Shown piece after piece: positions 9,301-18,633 of a DNA stretch of 64,000 nt. The notes beneath the pieces are model-generated. The model did not search any database and was not told the origin of the DNA. It was given only the letters and a program-made list of their open reading frames with translations. A program made the position numbers and the translations under genes. This DNA comes from a virus. Taxonomy: Duplodnaviria; Caudoviricetes. Each line of letters opens with the position of its first letter. Position 1 is the stretch's first letter. The stretch is taken from the IMG/VR virus record IMGVR_UViG_3300016486_001578. The stretch is one strand, 5' to 3'.

Positions 9301-11450
9301 ATCCGGGATATTGTTATATTGATTATAATTTAGATAATAATAATAAATTAATATTTGGCTCAGACTTAGAGTTTGAATGGAAGAGTATTTTTATAAACAC
9401 ATTTATTGATATTAAGATATATGATGGTATTGATATAATCGAAACGAATAAGCTATTGGTTATTAATAAATATTATGATGATGTTAATGATTTATTTGTT
9501 GTGGAGTTCCATAGGGAAATTAATTATACAAAAGGAGTTGTAATTAATTCAATTGATATAATATCAAGGAGAACATTATTGGAGATAAGTGATGATTTAA
9601 AATATTTAAATAATATACAAAGACCTTATTCACAAAATGAATATGTTGGCGGAACAACACAATCCGGTCAAATTTGGAATGTTTCATATTCTACTTTAGA
9701 GAAGGAATTGAATTTCAAAGTAAACACTGATTCTTACTCTAAGGTATTACTATCTGATAATGATATAGTTAGTTCTATAAGTGGTTTAATATATACAGAT
9801 TTCAGGGGAGACCTTTCGTTAAATATAACACAATTGGAGTCTGAAGTAAACATCGATATATCTAATACTAGTGATTATTTAGGAAAAGTATTGATATCTT
9901 GTTCTGAGGAACATAAATTAACAACCGGAGATGGTGTTGTTTTATCTTTTATTGGTGGAACTGGTTCTTCTGAAGAACTAAACAATCAATATTTTGGTTA
10001 CCAAATTGTAAATTATATAGACCCATATAGTTTTTATATTGATGTTCAATACGGATCCAATATATTTGTTGGTAATGATTATGGTTCAGTTACTTATATA
10101 AATAGGGATCCATTTTTAAACTATCAGCCAGTTGATATAATTGATGTTGGTGTTGATAAAAGAGGAAAAATATCTGTTGAGTTATCTCCAAAAAATACCA
10201 AATTATATGGTGATTTGTATAAGTTGATAGATGTTGATTATGAAAAATATAGATTTAGGCTAGTAGGGAATTTAGATATAGAGACATTGGCTAAAAATTA
10301 TCAATGGATATATGAAGCTGAGATATCAGAAGCTGTTATTGGCACTGATGAAAATGGTTTAATTTGGTATAAAGGAATATGGTCTTGTGGTAGATGGTTT
10401 GGTGGAACTTGGGTATCTGGTAGTTGGCTATCTGGTGATTGGTATGGTGGAACTTGGGATTCTAAGATGATAAAGGATAATTATATATCCGTTGAAGTAG
10501 ATGATAGATATTCAGATAATAAACAATCTATATGGTTTGATGGTAGATGGTTTGATGGTGATTGGAAAAATGGAACTTGGGTATCCGGTAGGTGGTATGA
10601 TGGAAATTGGTATGATGGTATATGGAATGATGGTATATGGAATGATGGTACTTGGAACAATGGTAACTTTACTGGTGGTATATGGGTAGATGGTGATTGG
10701 AAATCAGGTATATTTAGTGCCTTAAATGCTCCTGCTTATTGGTTGGATGGCAATTGGGAATCCGGTGATTTCGAAAATGGTATGTGGTTTAATGGTAATT
10801 TTGGATCCAAAGATAAAGAGTCTAAATTTGGAACAAAATCATATAATAGTAGGGCCGCTATATGGAAATCAGGTAAATGGATCAATGGATCTTTCCATTC
10901 TAGGTTAAATTTAACTGAAGATGGGGATTATGATGTTTCTAATATACATAAGTATTCGATTTGGTATAGTGGTGAGTGGTTTAATGGTGATTTTTATGGC
11001 GGTGTTGCTTATAATATGGACTTTAAATCAGGAACTTGGCATGGTGGTATTTTGGAAGAACTTAATATAATTGGAATGACTGGATCTTTGACGACTAGTG
11101 ATAATTATTTTGTTATAGATAAGATAGCCGAATTTAATACCGGTTATGATATATCTATTATAGATAATCAAATAGGTGGTACTTATTCATCTATGGGTAA
11201 TAATACAACACCTGGTGAGTACAAGGTTTTATATTCAACCGAGGATTTATCAACTAACACTACAAAAATATATGTTGATGAGATAATACCATTTGATGTG
11301 GTGACAGGTTCTTCTACTGGCCTTAAGCTGGTAAGTAAATTTCGAAATTGTAATTGGAAATCCGGTATATGGACTAATGGTATTTACTCCAAAGGAAAGT
11401 GGGAAGGTGGTATATGGTATAATGGGATATTTTCCGGTACTTGGATGTAA
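6342..11450 (+). CDS. Large putative virion (tail/baseplate) protein with BNR/beta-propeller-like segment and C-terminal G-x-W-x-x pentapeptide repeats
   Basis: 1702 aa; ITNDGGIKW Asp-box-like motif; long (W-x-x-G-x)n array from about 10360 to the end. Confidence 0.65.
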   Translation: MWAYSSDYNRWEKKTNNLNLDEFQYFKQEMDSFRFYSKCLSGSSYIPINDTSDIYDILTDQKPKNWYIGNTSSQYSSSQIPNEYAENIIGTSSEYYKKYLPEYGLTLKNLFTPERIIKDSIDNFIYVDLATNEQLSDLYDEVINRKIDGVRLFEGSRVLIKNQKSNVVISSSVDPDDYFISEYTEINTVGTNTEYEYYNEDNGIYIYSDNILVRESDLDIYENCVRFSVCVKMGTNNAGKQFHLSRLLNGYYPNTLENNPILFKEKKNWVIRNKVDYNNLFDINYYGTLKHGTQSYELGGITYSIPERTISIGEFGVIINNQSSYSNIIRNKYKVNLRSIGQTDAYYWIVGDDGTLLRVRKHDFNIENIEVDCKCPRKNVTTNLRSVSFFNNLNGVVVGDLNTILITNDGGIKWERHLISAFDAFYYNKVYFNDINNFYIGGNNGVFIHFKKDINNWTAYKRRISKFIDDEDEFLLVDNINDILKTDVDTWSPYYQFFTQSTSTNKELLFLVTDNNNIILHDIDNSIPFHTDFMYLEMDDIDYGDIKTIEKRFGEDKFYFTGYDKINEESGIFSFQLSNFDSIGFGNSFSNRIYSTFSAYFESDSYPNDIFDYKGDELILSGNNSMLLSSTYSATFSFSNIDDELESRLRSKLLFLDYDVASKLNFFTDEGEYRLPSSVEFGFTQSINNYFGFAPIVHPSESPSFLTQSEINWWEYWRDSESTFEYYSYPQQMTDATKVLISSYFSTTDSDIDEMVINTISKNSSDILNLAPTILDAGHSRFNGLLSSPISSPIIDYDMYLYDYLMVIRTNATNNLVAEVGDMIRLESDEVMDNFLVNKKITLGANSYIYLFSEFSDGVINSLVNSSNIVVKNLNKFSDMIELEYRFNLHPISNGYDLYVDDQDFVEISAKFNNLTSYYNLGTQIYGNLGTQSMVYKDRFLKFGYKPTYNLLDYLEGINDSLINAKFSKNKEFLSMPIYNNIPVGSNPGYCYIDYNLDNNNKLIFGSDLEFEWKSIFINTFIDIKIYDGIDIIETNKLLVINKYYDDVNDLFVVEFHREINYTKGVVINSIDIISRRTLLEISDDLKYLNNIQRPYSQNEYVGGTTQSGQIWNVSYSTLEKELNFKVNTDSYSKVLLSDNDIVSSISGLIYTDFRGDLSLNITQLESEVNIDISNTSDYLGKVLISCSEEHKLTTGDGVVLSFIGGTGSSEELNNQYFGYQIVNYIDPYSFYIDVQYGSNIFVGNDYGSVTYINRDPFLNYQPVDIIDVGVDKRGKISVELSPKNTKLYGDLYKLIDVDYEKYRFRLVGNLDIETLAKNYQWIYEAEISEAVIGTDENGLIWYKGIWSCGRWFGGTWVSGSWLSGDWYGGTWDSKMIKDNYISVEVDDRYSDNKQSIWFDGRWFDGDWKNGTWVSGRWYDGNWYDGIWNDGIWNDGTWNNGNFTGGIWVDGDWKSGIFSALNAPAYWLDGNWESGDFENGMWFNGNFGSKDKESKFGTKSYNSRAAIWKSGKWINGSFHSRLNLTEDGDYDVSNIHKYSIWYSGEWFNGDFYGGVAYNMDFKSGTWHGGILEELNIIGMTGSLTTSDNYFVIDKIAEFNTGYDISIIDNQIGGTYSSMGNNTTPGEYKVLYSTEDLSTNTTKIYVDEIIPFDVVTGSSTGLKLVSKFRNCNWKSGIWTNGIYSKGKWEGGIWYNGIFSGTWM

Positions 11451-11478
11451 TCCATTTCTATAAAATAATATATATTAT

Positions 11479-11838
11479 ATGATTAAGAAATTTAAGACAT
11501 TTAATGAATCAACAGACATAGTTACTGATAGTAAATATGAGCGGTTATCTAGTGATATAAAAGAAATGATAGAATCTACAATAGAGAATGTTGGGGGTGA
11601 TTATAAAACATTTTTAGATTCTTTCAAGAAGGATCCAGAGGATTATAAAATAGAAGGACTTATAAATGATTCTGATATTTATGATTTCTATCTAAAAAAT
11701 AGAAATGATATTGATGAGATTTTAAATGATATTAAATTTTTTGATGAGATACCAACCGAAAATAATTCATTTGGTTTATATGAATACGTCATAAAGGGAA
11801 CCGAGAGAGCCATACTAGAATTAGTAAATAATCTTTAA
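11479..11838 (+). CDS. Small acidic protein, MIKKFKTFNES N-terminal motif
   Basis: ORF, late motif upstream. Confidence 0.7.
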   Translation: MIKKFKTFNESTDIVTDSKYERLSSDIKEMIESTIENVGGDYKTFLDSFKKDPEDYKIEGLINDSDIYDFYLKNRNDIDEILNDIKFFDEIPTENNSFGLYEYVIKGTERAILELVNNL

Positions 11839-11901
11839 TTCTTATTATTTAGTGAGGTGTGTTTAATAAATATATATAGTATATCAAAATAAATAAACCA
11901 A

Positions 11902-14589
11902 ATGGCAAATACACCACTTTATAAATCTTTAAAAACAAACGGAACAACATTTTACGCTTTTCCTGGCGCGGCAGAGGATATAAGTGCGGCTTACCAAAAT
12001 GAAAACTATAAAATGTACTTTTCTAAGTATGTTTTATTAGATTTACCAACACAAAATACATCAACTGATCCTAAATATTTTGATTTCGATGAATCTTTTA
12101 ATAAATCTTCCAATGCTACTCCGGCTAGTAACTTTAATGAGTCATTAGTAGAATCACTTAGAAATTATATAGCAAACCAAGAGGTCGTTATAAGAGAGTC
12201 TAGATTAAATAATACAGAGTATTATTATAATACAAATGCTCTAGAAACAACAACTGAAAAAATATTTTGGAAATGGTGTAAAAAGCTTAATATAATAGAT
12301 TTCGAACCAGCTATTCCAAGTGATGAATATTTTGATAATTTAGTTGAGTTTGAATCAAAGGATATAAATGATGATGAGTATTTCCCGGAATATTTATGGA
12401 AAGAAAGAGAGGTGGTTGATTGGGCAACATCTTATTATTATCAATCCGGAGAATCTGGATTTTTAACTAATCTAGAGATAGAACTTAGTCAAAACTCAAA
12501 TTATAAAATAGGAGATGTTATTAATATTTATAATGTTGAGAACTCAACAATAATTGATAATGATAGTGGTGATGATATATCCGATATATCATCAGAAGAA
12601 GGAATACAAACAACTATTTTAAAGATAATTGAACAATCAGGCACACAGAACCAGAGAATAGTTGTTGATTTAGAGAGTTATTTAGGTAGAGAATTAGAGA
12701 CAACTGGTCAATCTAGATTAGTTTATAATAGATTAGTTAGATATATCGGTGAGGTAACTGGTATCTCAAATGTACAAGAGGCCAATAGATCATATACCGA
12801 GGTACATGCTCATATACCAGATCATACAGGAGAAACACCGGATATTTTATTTAGAACAATGACTGATGTTAACTATAAACCGAATCTAACATTTCCTATA
12901 ATACCCAGTCAATACCAACCAGAAATTCTTGGTGCTGAATTTTTTAATTCACCAATAGTTAATACACCACAAAATTACCCAGGTTCTTATTTTGGTCAAT
13001 TTGATACTTTAGATTTTACATATAAAACCTCAACCGGTGATCAATTAAGAAGAAGTGGAGATTATTACGGAATAAAGGGCGATACGAATAATATAGAAAT
13101 AGATGGTTCGACTTTAGATGGACTAGGTCTTAATTTTAATACAAGTCATTATGTTAAGATGAATATACCAAATAGGGTTGTTACAAATTTTGACCAATTT
13201 AATGCACTTGAAGTAAATAATGAACCACCAAAAGATTTTGAATTTAATGCAATATTGTGGTACTATACGGTAGAAGATAATAATGGAAATTCTACTAGTA
13301 ACTTATATGGAATATCATTTATCGATAATCCTAATAATAATCCAGTTGATGAAGAAATTGGACTTAGGTTTCCGCTTATTAAGAAATTAGTAACAAATGG
13401 TGAGCAAGATGGTACATCATATGCTTTTAATTTGAGTTTGAACTTTAATATAATAAATGAGAACCCAAATGAATCTTATAACCCAGAAGCTATAAATTCA
13501 CTATTCAGTATGAATTTATTTAATAAAGCTATGTCTAGTTTATCATCAACGAATGATAGTTTCTTAAATACCTTGGCCGAACAATCAACAATAAAAGAAG
13601 AAATAACCAACTTAAAGGGTCTTCTTTATTCACAAACAGACCTAAGTGTTATAAATGCTAAGATTATAAATTTAGAAAGGTTACTGAGGCTATATTCTAC
13701 TAATCAATTAATTGATAGTGGATCAATAAGGGTAAATCAAATAGCCGGTAATCCACCATCTATCTCACTTACTAGTATAGATACTGATTATTTTAGAGTA
13801 GATAACTTAAAAACTAGTGATTTGTATAATTCACAAGGAATAATTCCATTAAATTTAACGGTGCCTACTAATAAAAGTTTTTTAATAAATATATCAAACG
13901 ATGATAATATAGATTTAGAATTACAAGATGGAGATAAATTAACTATAATACTTGATAATGATTTGAGTATAAACCAATCAATGGATATAAACATAACGGG
14001 TAGTGTTGATTCTTCTGAAAATAAAAGATTAGATATATATATGGTTAGCGATGCAGGATCTTTGGATGAGACACAATCAGAGGTCTTATTACTGGGTAAT
14101 ATTGATCTTCCTGTTTTTTATAATACAAATACGCAATTACCAAATCCAGCATATCTATGGAAAGATTTCAAATTTGAAATAGATTTTGATGAGCAGATAT
14201 ATTTGGATTCATCTAATAAATTAAAAATACCACTTAGTGGAAATACTTATTTATTGAATAACTCATTAAATGATGGTGATGTCCTTTATTTGAATAACCT
14301 ATTCCTTGGTACATCATCTGTTTATGACTTTTCTGGACAATATACCATAGACTCTATTGAGGGTCTTACAAGCTCTTATATAACTCTTGATATATCAAAT
14401 AATTTAGATTTTGTTACTACATATGAAAATGAGACCTTTCCTTATGTTATACACGAATCATCATATACTATATTATCAAATAAACCATACTTTTCTTTAA
14501 ATAAAGGATTGAATGTGAAAGTTACAAGAGTATCGAATTCCGCTGAGCTAAAAGATAGATATAAACTAGATACGAATGAAATAACCTAA
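11902..14589 (+). CDS. Putative virion structural protein
   Basis: 895-aa N/S/T-rich ORF with central coiled coil, in the late-motif cluster; function inferred. Confidence 0.55.
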   Translation: MANTPLYKSLKTNGTTFYAFPGAAEDISAAYQNENYKMYFSKYVLLDLPTQNTSTDPKYFDFDESFNKSSNATPASNFNESLVESLRNYIANQEVVIRESRLNNTEYYYNTNALETTTEKIFWKWCKKLNIIDFEPAIPSDEYFDNLVEFESKDINDDEYFPEYLWKEREVVDWATSYYYQSGESGFLTNLEIELSQNSNYKIGDVINIYNVENSTIIDNDSGDDISDISSEEGIQTTILKIIEQSGTQNQRIVVDLESYLGRELETTGQSRLVYNRLVRYIGEVTGISNVQEANRSYTEVHAHIPDHTGETPDILFRTMTDVNYKPNLTFPIIPSQYQPEILGAEFFNSPIVNTPQNYPGSYFGQFDTLDFTYKTSTGDQLRRSGDYYGIKGDTNNIEIDGSTLDGLGLNFNTSHYVKMNIPNRVVTNFDQFNALEVNNEPPKDFEFNAILWYYTVEDNNGNSTSNLYGISFIDNPNNNPVDEEIGLRFPLIKKLVTNGEQDGTSYAFNLSLNFNIINENPNESYNPEAINSLFSMNLFNKAMSSLSSTNDSFLNTLAEQSTIKEEITNLKGLLYSQTDLSVINAKIINLERLLRLYSTNQLIDSGSIRVNQIAGNPPSISLTSIDTDYFRVDNLKTSDLYNSQGIIPLNLTVPTNKSFLINISNDDNIDLELQDGDKLTIILDNDLSINQSMDINITGSVDSSENKRLDIYMVSDAGSLDETQSEVLLLGNIDLPVFYNTNTQLPNPAYLWKDFKFEIDFDEQIYLDSSNKLKIPLSGNTYLLNNSLNDGDVLYLNNLFLGTSSVYDFSGQYTIDSIEGLTSSYITLDISNNLDFVTTYENETFPYVIHESSYTILSNKPYFSLNKGLNVKVTRVSNSAELKDRYKLDTNEIT

Positions 14590-14628
14590 TTTTATATTTT
14601 AATATATAATATAAATTAATCAGAATTT

Positions 14629-15456
14629 ATGGCTTGTGGAAATTCACTCTTTGGTGGTAATAATAATTATATAAAAGTTGGAAATGGTCAACTTATTGCT
14701 GTTGAGGGCGCTAATACAGCCGAAAAACTAATACTTTCGGATCTAAGAATACCATATACTCAGTTATTGAAAGGTAGGGTAATTTTAAAAGCTGGTCAAG
14801 AAGATTATTTAATGAATCACTTAGGTTTAGGTGATAATGTTACTTTTATAACAATAAAAGCTACATATAATGAGAAATCATTAGAGACTGATAATTATAT
14901 AATTTGGAAAAGATATGATGATTTATTTCACCCATCACAAATGGGTAAATTAATGATACTTACTGGTAATTCAACAAACAGAATACCACAACTTTATCTT
15001 ACCAACCCAAATCCTAACTATGATGTTAAGCTAGATATTATGGTCGCTATAATTGATGATGTGGAATCATTTTTTAATTATGATCCGGTTGTTTATTTTA
15101 CAGAATATGTAACACTTGAAAACACAGAATATAACGAACCATTTAATACTACTTTGGGTGATTCGTTTGGTGCTACTATTTCTTATGGTGCTCAACCAAT
15201 ATACAAGGACGAATTAACCTATTTATTTATAGATGAGGTTAGAGATTTAAATGGTATTACTATATCAACGACCAGTTCTAATTTTATTTTAAAGGATTAT
15301 TTTGGTTATGTAACACCGTCTGTTACTGGGGTAGGAACATATTCCTTAACATTTGATATAACTGATGATTATGGTAATTCTGTTCCTGATAATAAATCTT
15401 TGTATATCATAGTTAGTATAGGAAACACAGGTGGTACTGGTGGAACAGGATCATAA
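14629..15456 (+). CDS. Putative virion protein with Ig-like C-terminal domain
   Basis: GTYSLTFDITDDYGNS is Ig/HYR-like; late motif upstream. Confidence 0.55.
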   Translation: MACGNSLFGGNNNYIKVGNGQLIAVEGANTAEKLILSDLRIPYTQLLKGRVILKAGQEDYLMNHLGLGDNVTFITIKATYNEKSLETDNYIIWKRYDDLFHPSQMGKLMILTGNSTNRIPQLYLTNPNPNYDVKLDIMVAIIDDVESFFNYDPVVYFTEYVTLENTEYNEPFNTTLGDSFGATISYGAQPIYKDELTYLFIDEVRDLNGITISTTSSNFILKDYFGYVTPSVTGVGTYSLTFDITDDYGNSVPDNKSLYIIVSIGNTGGTGGTGS

Positions 15457-15471
15457 TAGATAAAGATAAAT

Positions 15472-16428
15472 ATGATAAAGAAGTATAAAGAATTTATAAA
15501 TGAAAATTTTAACTCTTTTGGAGAAGAAGTAGAATCAAAATATCAAGATGATTATATTAAAAATATAGTAAATAGATATATATCTACTGTTGATCCTGAT
15601 ATTAGGATATCTAATGCTATAAACTCTCTGGACGAAAAAACAATAAGGGAAATAAAATCACAAGTTGATAATTATTTAACCAATGGAATAGAAGAAAAAG
15701 AAGTTGAAGTAAATACATCTGTTGAATTAACCGAATCGGTTGATGTTTTGGAAAATGAAGTAGAGACCTCATATTCCGGTAAAGGAGTTTTTAAATCTTT
15801 TCTAAAATCTTTAACTGCTTTTGGTAAAAATGAAAATCAGATTAGACATGATATATGTCCTGATGATTTTTTGATTTATTACCAGTTGGATAATAACAAC
15901 AAATCCGATGTTGCTTCTGTTTTTTCTAGATTTAGGTCACTTAATTTAGATTTTGAATCTGTTGGTGATAATGTTATATTGTATTTTGGGATAAGAATGG
16001 ATTCGTATTTCGAATATGGTATGTCCGATGGTTCTAATAAAAAAATAATAGGTAAATTTAAAATAAACAAATCAACTATAAATTGGATATCAGGATTGAA
16101 TTTAAAGTCCGCTAAATCATTAAAATCAATTCTATCTAACTTGGATTATAAAAATATTAAAACATTATATAAAATAAAAAGTGATATAAAAAAATATGAA
16201 CCCGGTAAATATGAAAATAAATCACCCATTTATATAAATGATAGAGTTATTACATTTGGTTATTATGGTATTGGAAAATGGATAGATGGTAAAATGGATA
16301 ATGATGATTACCTTAATATGAAGAATAATATTAGCGAGTGGATAAATACAAAATCCTGGGGTGATAAGGTCACTTTTGGTGTTGTTGCTAAATCATTTTG
16401 GTTAAAAATTTACATTAAACTAAAGTAG
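15472..16428 (+). CDS. Hypothetical protein, MIKKYKEFINE N-terminal motif
   Basis: 318-aa ORF. Confidence 0.7.
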   Translation: MIKKYKEFINENFNSFGEEVESKYQDDYIKNIVNRYISTVDPDIRISNAINSLDEKTIREIKSQVDNYLTNGIEEKEVEVNTSVELTESVDVLENEVETSYSGKGVFKSFLKSLTAFGKNENQIRHDICPDDFLIYYQLDNNNKSDVASVFSRFRSLNLDFESVGDNVILYFGIRMDSYFEYGMSDGSNKKIIGKFKINKSTINWISGLNLKSAKSLKSILSNLDYKNIKTLYKIKSDIKKYEPGKYENKSPIYINDRVITFGYYGIGKWIDGKMDNDDYLNMKNNISEWINTKSWGDKVTFGVVAKSFWLKIYIKLK

Positions 16429-16463
16429 TAAAAACACATATAATAAATAAAATAAAATAAATT

Positions 16464-16727
16464 ATGTCAATTAAAGAATCATCAATAAGAGATTACATAT
16501 CAAATATTGATTTCCGAAACGAATGGAGTATGAAATCTATAAGAGAAGATATGAGAAAATTCCTCGGTGAAGAACCGGGAATAGATGTGCATTACAAAAA
16601 AGATGTAATGGTAAATGAGTTCAGTGGATCATCAGAAGAAATTTCAGGAGTTGATAAAATAGAAATAGTATTCTTTGATTTAGATGATAAGTTTAAGAAA
16701 TTAGAATTTTTAGTAGGTGGAGTCTAA
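16464..16727 (+). CDS. Hypothetical protein
   Basis: 87-aa ORF. Confidence 0.65.
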   Translation: MSIKESSIRDYISNIDFRNEWSMKSIREDMRKFLGEEPGIDVHYKKDVMVNEFSGSSEEISGVDKIEIVFFDLDDKFKKLEFLVGGV

Positions 16728-17040
16728 GGAAAATAAAATATCAGTTGATGTTTTGGATTATTTAGGAAAACATGAAGATGGTATTATATCTCTAATATCA
16801 CTTGGTTATCTTGATAGTTTCTATGAAGCTACTTTTTTCTATACAAACGATTTAATAGCATTGACACCGGATGATAAATTAGAAGATTTACTCGGTTGTA
16901 AGATTGAAGATTGGGTTGGTTATCAGGAATTAGTTTTTGATATTCTCAAAAGAGTTGTTCCATTTGATCAAATGATCAATATGGTTGATGATTTTTCTCC
17001 CGAAAAATATGGAATATTCTTAACACAATCTAATATTTAA
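16717..17040 (+). CDS. Hypothetical protein
   Basis: 107-aa ORF overlapping the previous stop. Confidence 0.6.
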   Translation: MESKENKISVDVLDYLGKHEDGIISLISLGYLDSFYEATFFYTNDLIALTPDDKLEDLLGCKIEDWVGYQELVFDILKRVVPFDQMINMVDDFSPEKYGIFLTQSNI

Positions 17041-17093
17041 AAAACCAAACATTTCTCATTTAATATTATATAATTAAAAAATAATATCAATGA

Positions 17094-17387
17094 ATGATTA
17101 TAAAAGAAATAGGAATAAGGGGATTTAAATCTTATGGTAATAATGAACAAAAAATAAAATTAAATATAAACAGTGGTGAATTAATACTACTTTCTGGAGC
17201 AAATGGTTCTGGTAAGTGTGTTGATGAGTCAACACTAATAGATGTACAAATAATTGATTTTGAGCCTAATTTAGAAAATTTAGAATTTTTAGACAAAACG
17301 GATGAGGGAAAGAGGATTTTTCTATATATAAAGAAATCTAATAAATCCTTGTATGAAAAAATTGAAAAATTTAGAAAAGGTCAATAA
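17094..17387 (+). CDS. SbcC/Rad50 (gp46-like) N-extein (41 aa) fused to split-intein N-fragment
   Basis: IRGFKSYGN and Walker A GANGSGK directly followed by intein block A CVDESTLI (Cys codon 17217), then a stop. Confidence 0.9.
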   Translation: MIIKEIGIRGFKSYGNNEQKIKLNINSGELILLSGANGSGKCVDESTLIDVQIIDFEPNLENLEFLDKTDEGKRIFLYIKKSNKSLYEKIEKFRKGQ

Positions 17388-18633
17388 AAAATCACTTAAT
17401 GATTATTTATTGGACTTCGAACCATCTATAATCGATGGTTACAAAAATATGTTCACAGATTCAGATTTTAAAAAGGGTAAAACCTCTTTTCTTTTGTATT
17501 TGAAGTCTAAGATAGGAATGCCTAAGATAGGCAGGAATAGCCTAAATTATTGGCTATCAAGGGGTTGGTCCATTGAAAGAGCAAAAGAATTTAGAGTTAG
17601 GATTAAGGGCGATCCAGAAAAATCACCAATGAATATAAATTTTTGGATAAAAAAGGGATATACCGAAGAAGAATCAAGATTTAAGATAAGATCCCAAAGA
17701 AAAATGAATATAGAGTATTGGTTATCAAGAGGATTTAATGAGAATGATTCTAAATTAAAGGTTAAATTGTTTCAATCAGAACAAAGTAAAAAAATAAATA
17801 AAAAGAGGTTACTTAATCCAGAAAAATATGATGATATAAGTAATAACCAAGTTAAATATTGGCAAAAAAAAGGTTATTCCGAAGAAGAATCAATTAAAAT
17901 GGTTAGTAAAAGACAATCTACCTTCTCTAAGAAAATATGTATAGAAAAATATGGAGAAAAGAAGGGAATAAAAATTTGGTCAAATCGACAAAAAAATTGG
18001 ATGAAGTCGATGAAAAGTTCAAAATATAATGGAGTTGATGGTAAATCAATCACAATAAACGAAAAGATAAAAAAATATGATATAGATAGATTGGTAGATA
18101 GTTTATCAATAAAAGATAGAGAATATTTTAAGAAAATATTTATAAAATCAAAAACCATAGAAGATTTTATATACAACTATAGTTCAAAATTTATCACAGA
18201 TGAAATATCACTATATAGAATACTATTACCCATTAAGCGAATGAAACTATTACAAGTGTATTATAATACAGATGAGAGTTATATAATGTCATTAATAATT
18301 CCAAAAATTGCTAGAGTTAAATCTAAGTATTCTTATATATCTTGGATAAATAATCATGTTTGTCGAAGTGATGGTGAATATATATTAGCCAGCTTCCTAA
18401 TAAAAAATAATTTAGAATATACATATGAAAAAACATATGAAGATAGTAAATATAGGTGTGATTTCTACTTAGAGGATTTTGGAATATATGTTGAATACTT
18501 AGGTATGAAACATGACACTTATAGTAGAAAAATTAATTTTTTAAATAAAAGAAAAATCAAACATATAGCCTCTAGTGATATAGAATATATTAAATCAAAG
18601 ATAAAAGAATATGTTAACATTAAAGATAGGTGA
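17353..18633 (+). mobile_element. Free-standing putative homing endonuclease between the split-intein halves
   Basis: Four [YF]W-x-x-[RK]G[WYF] repeats; C-terminal PD-(D/E)xK-like RSDGE...YEK...CDFYL...YVEYLG; overlaps both flanking ORFs. Confidence 0.75.

Noticed and set aside
10360-11450. CRISPR array or DGR-like repeats
   Set aside because: The repeats are in-frame pentapeptide coding repeats without spacers; no cas or reverse transcriptase gene is present.
17388-18610. Group I intron interrupting sbcC
   Set aside because: The three ORFs overlap, leaving no non-coding room for a ribozyme core; intein motifs explain the split.
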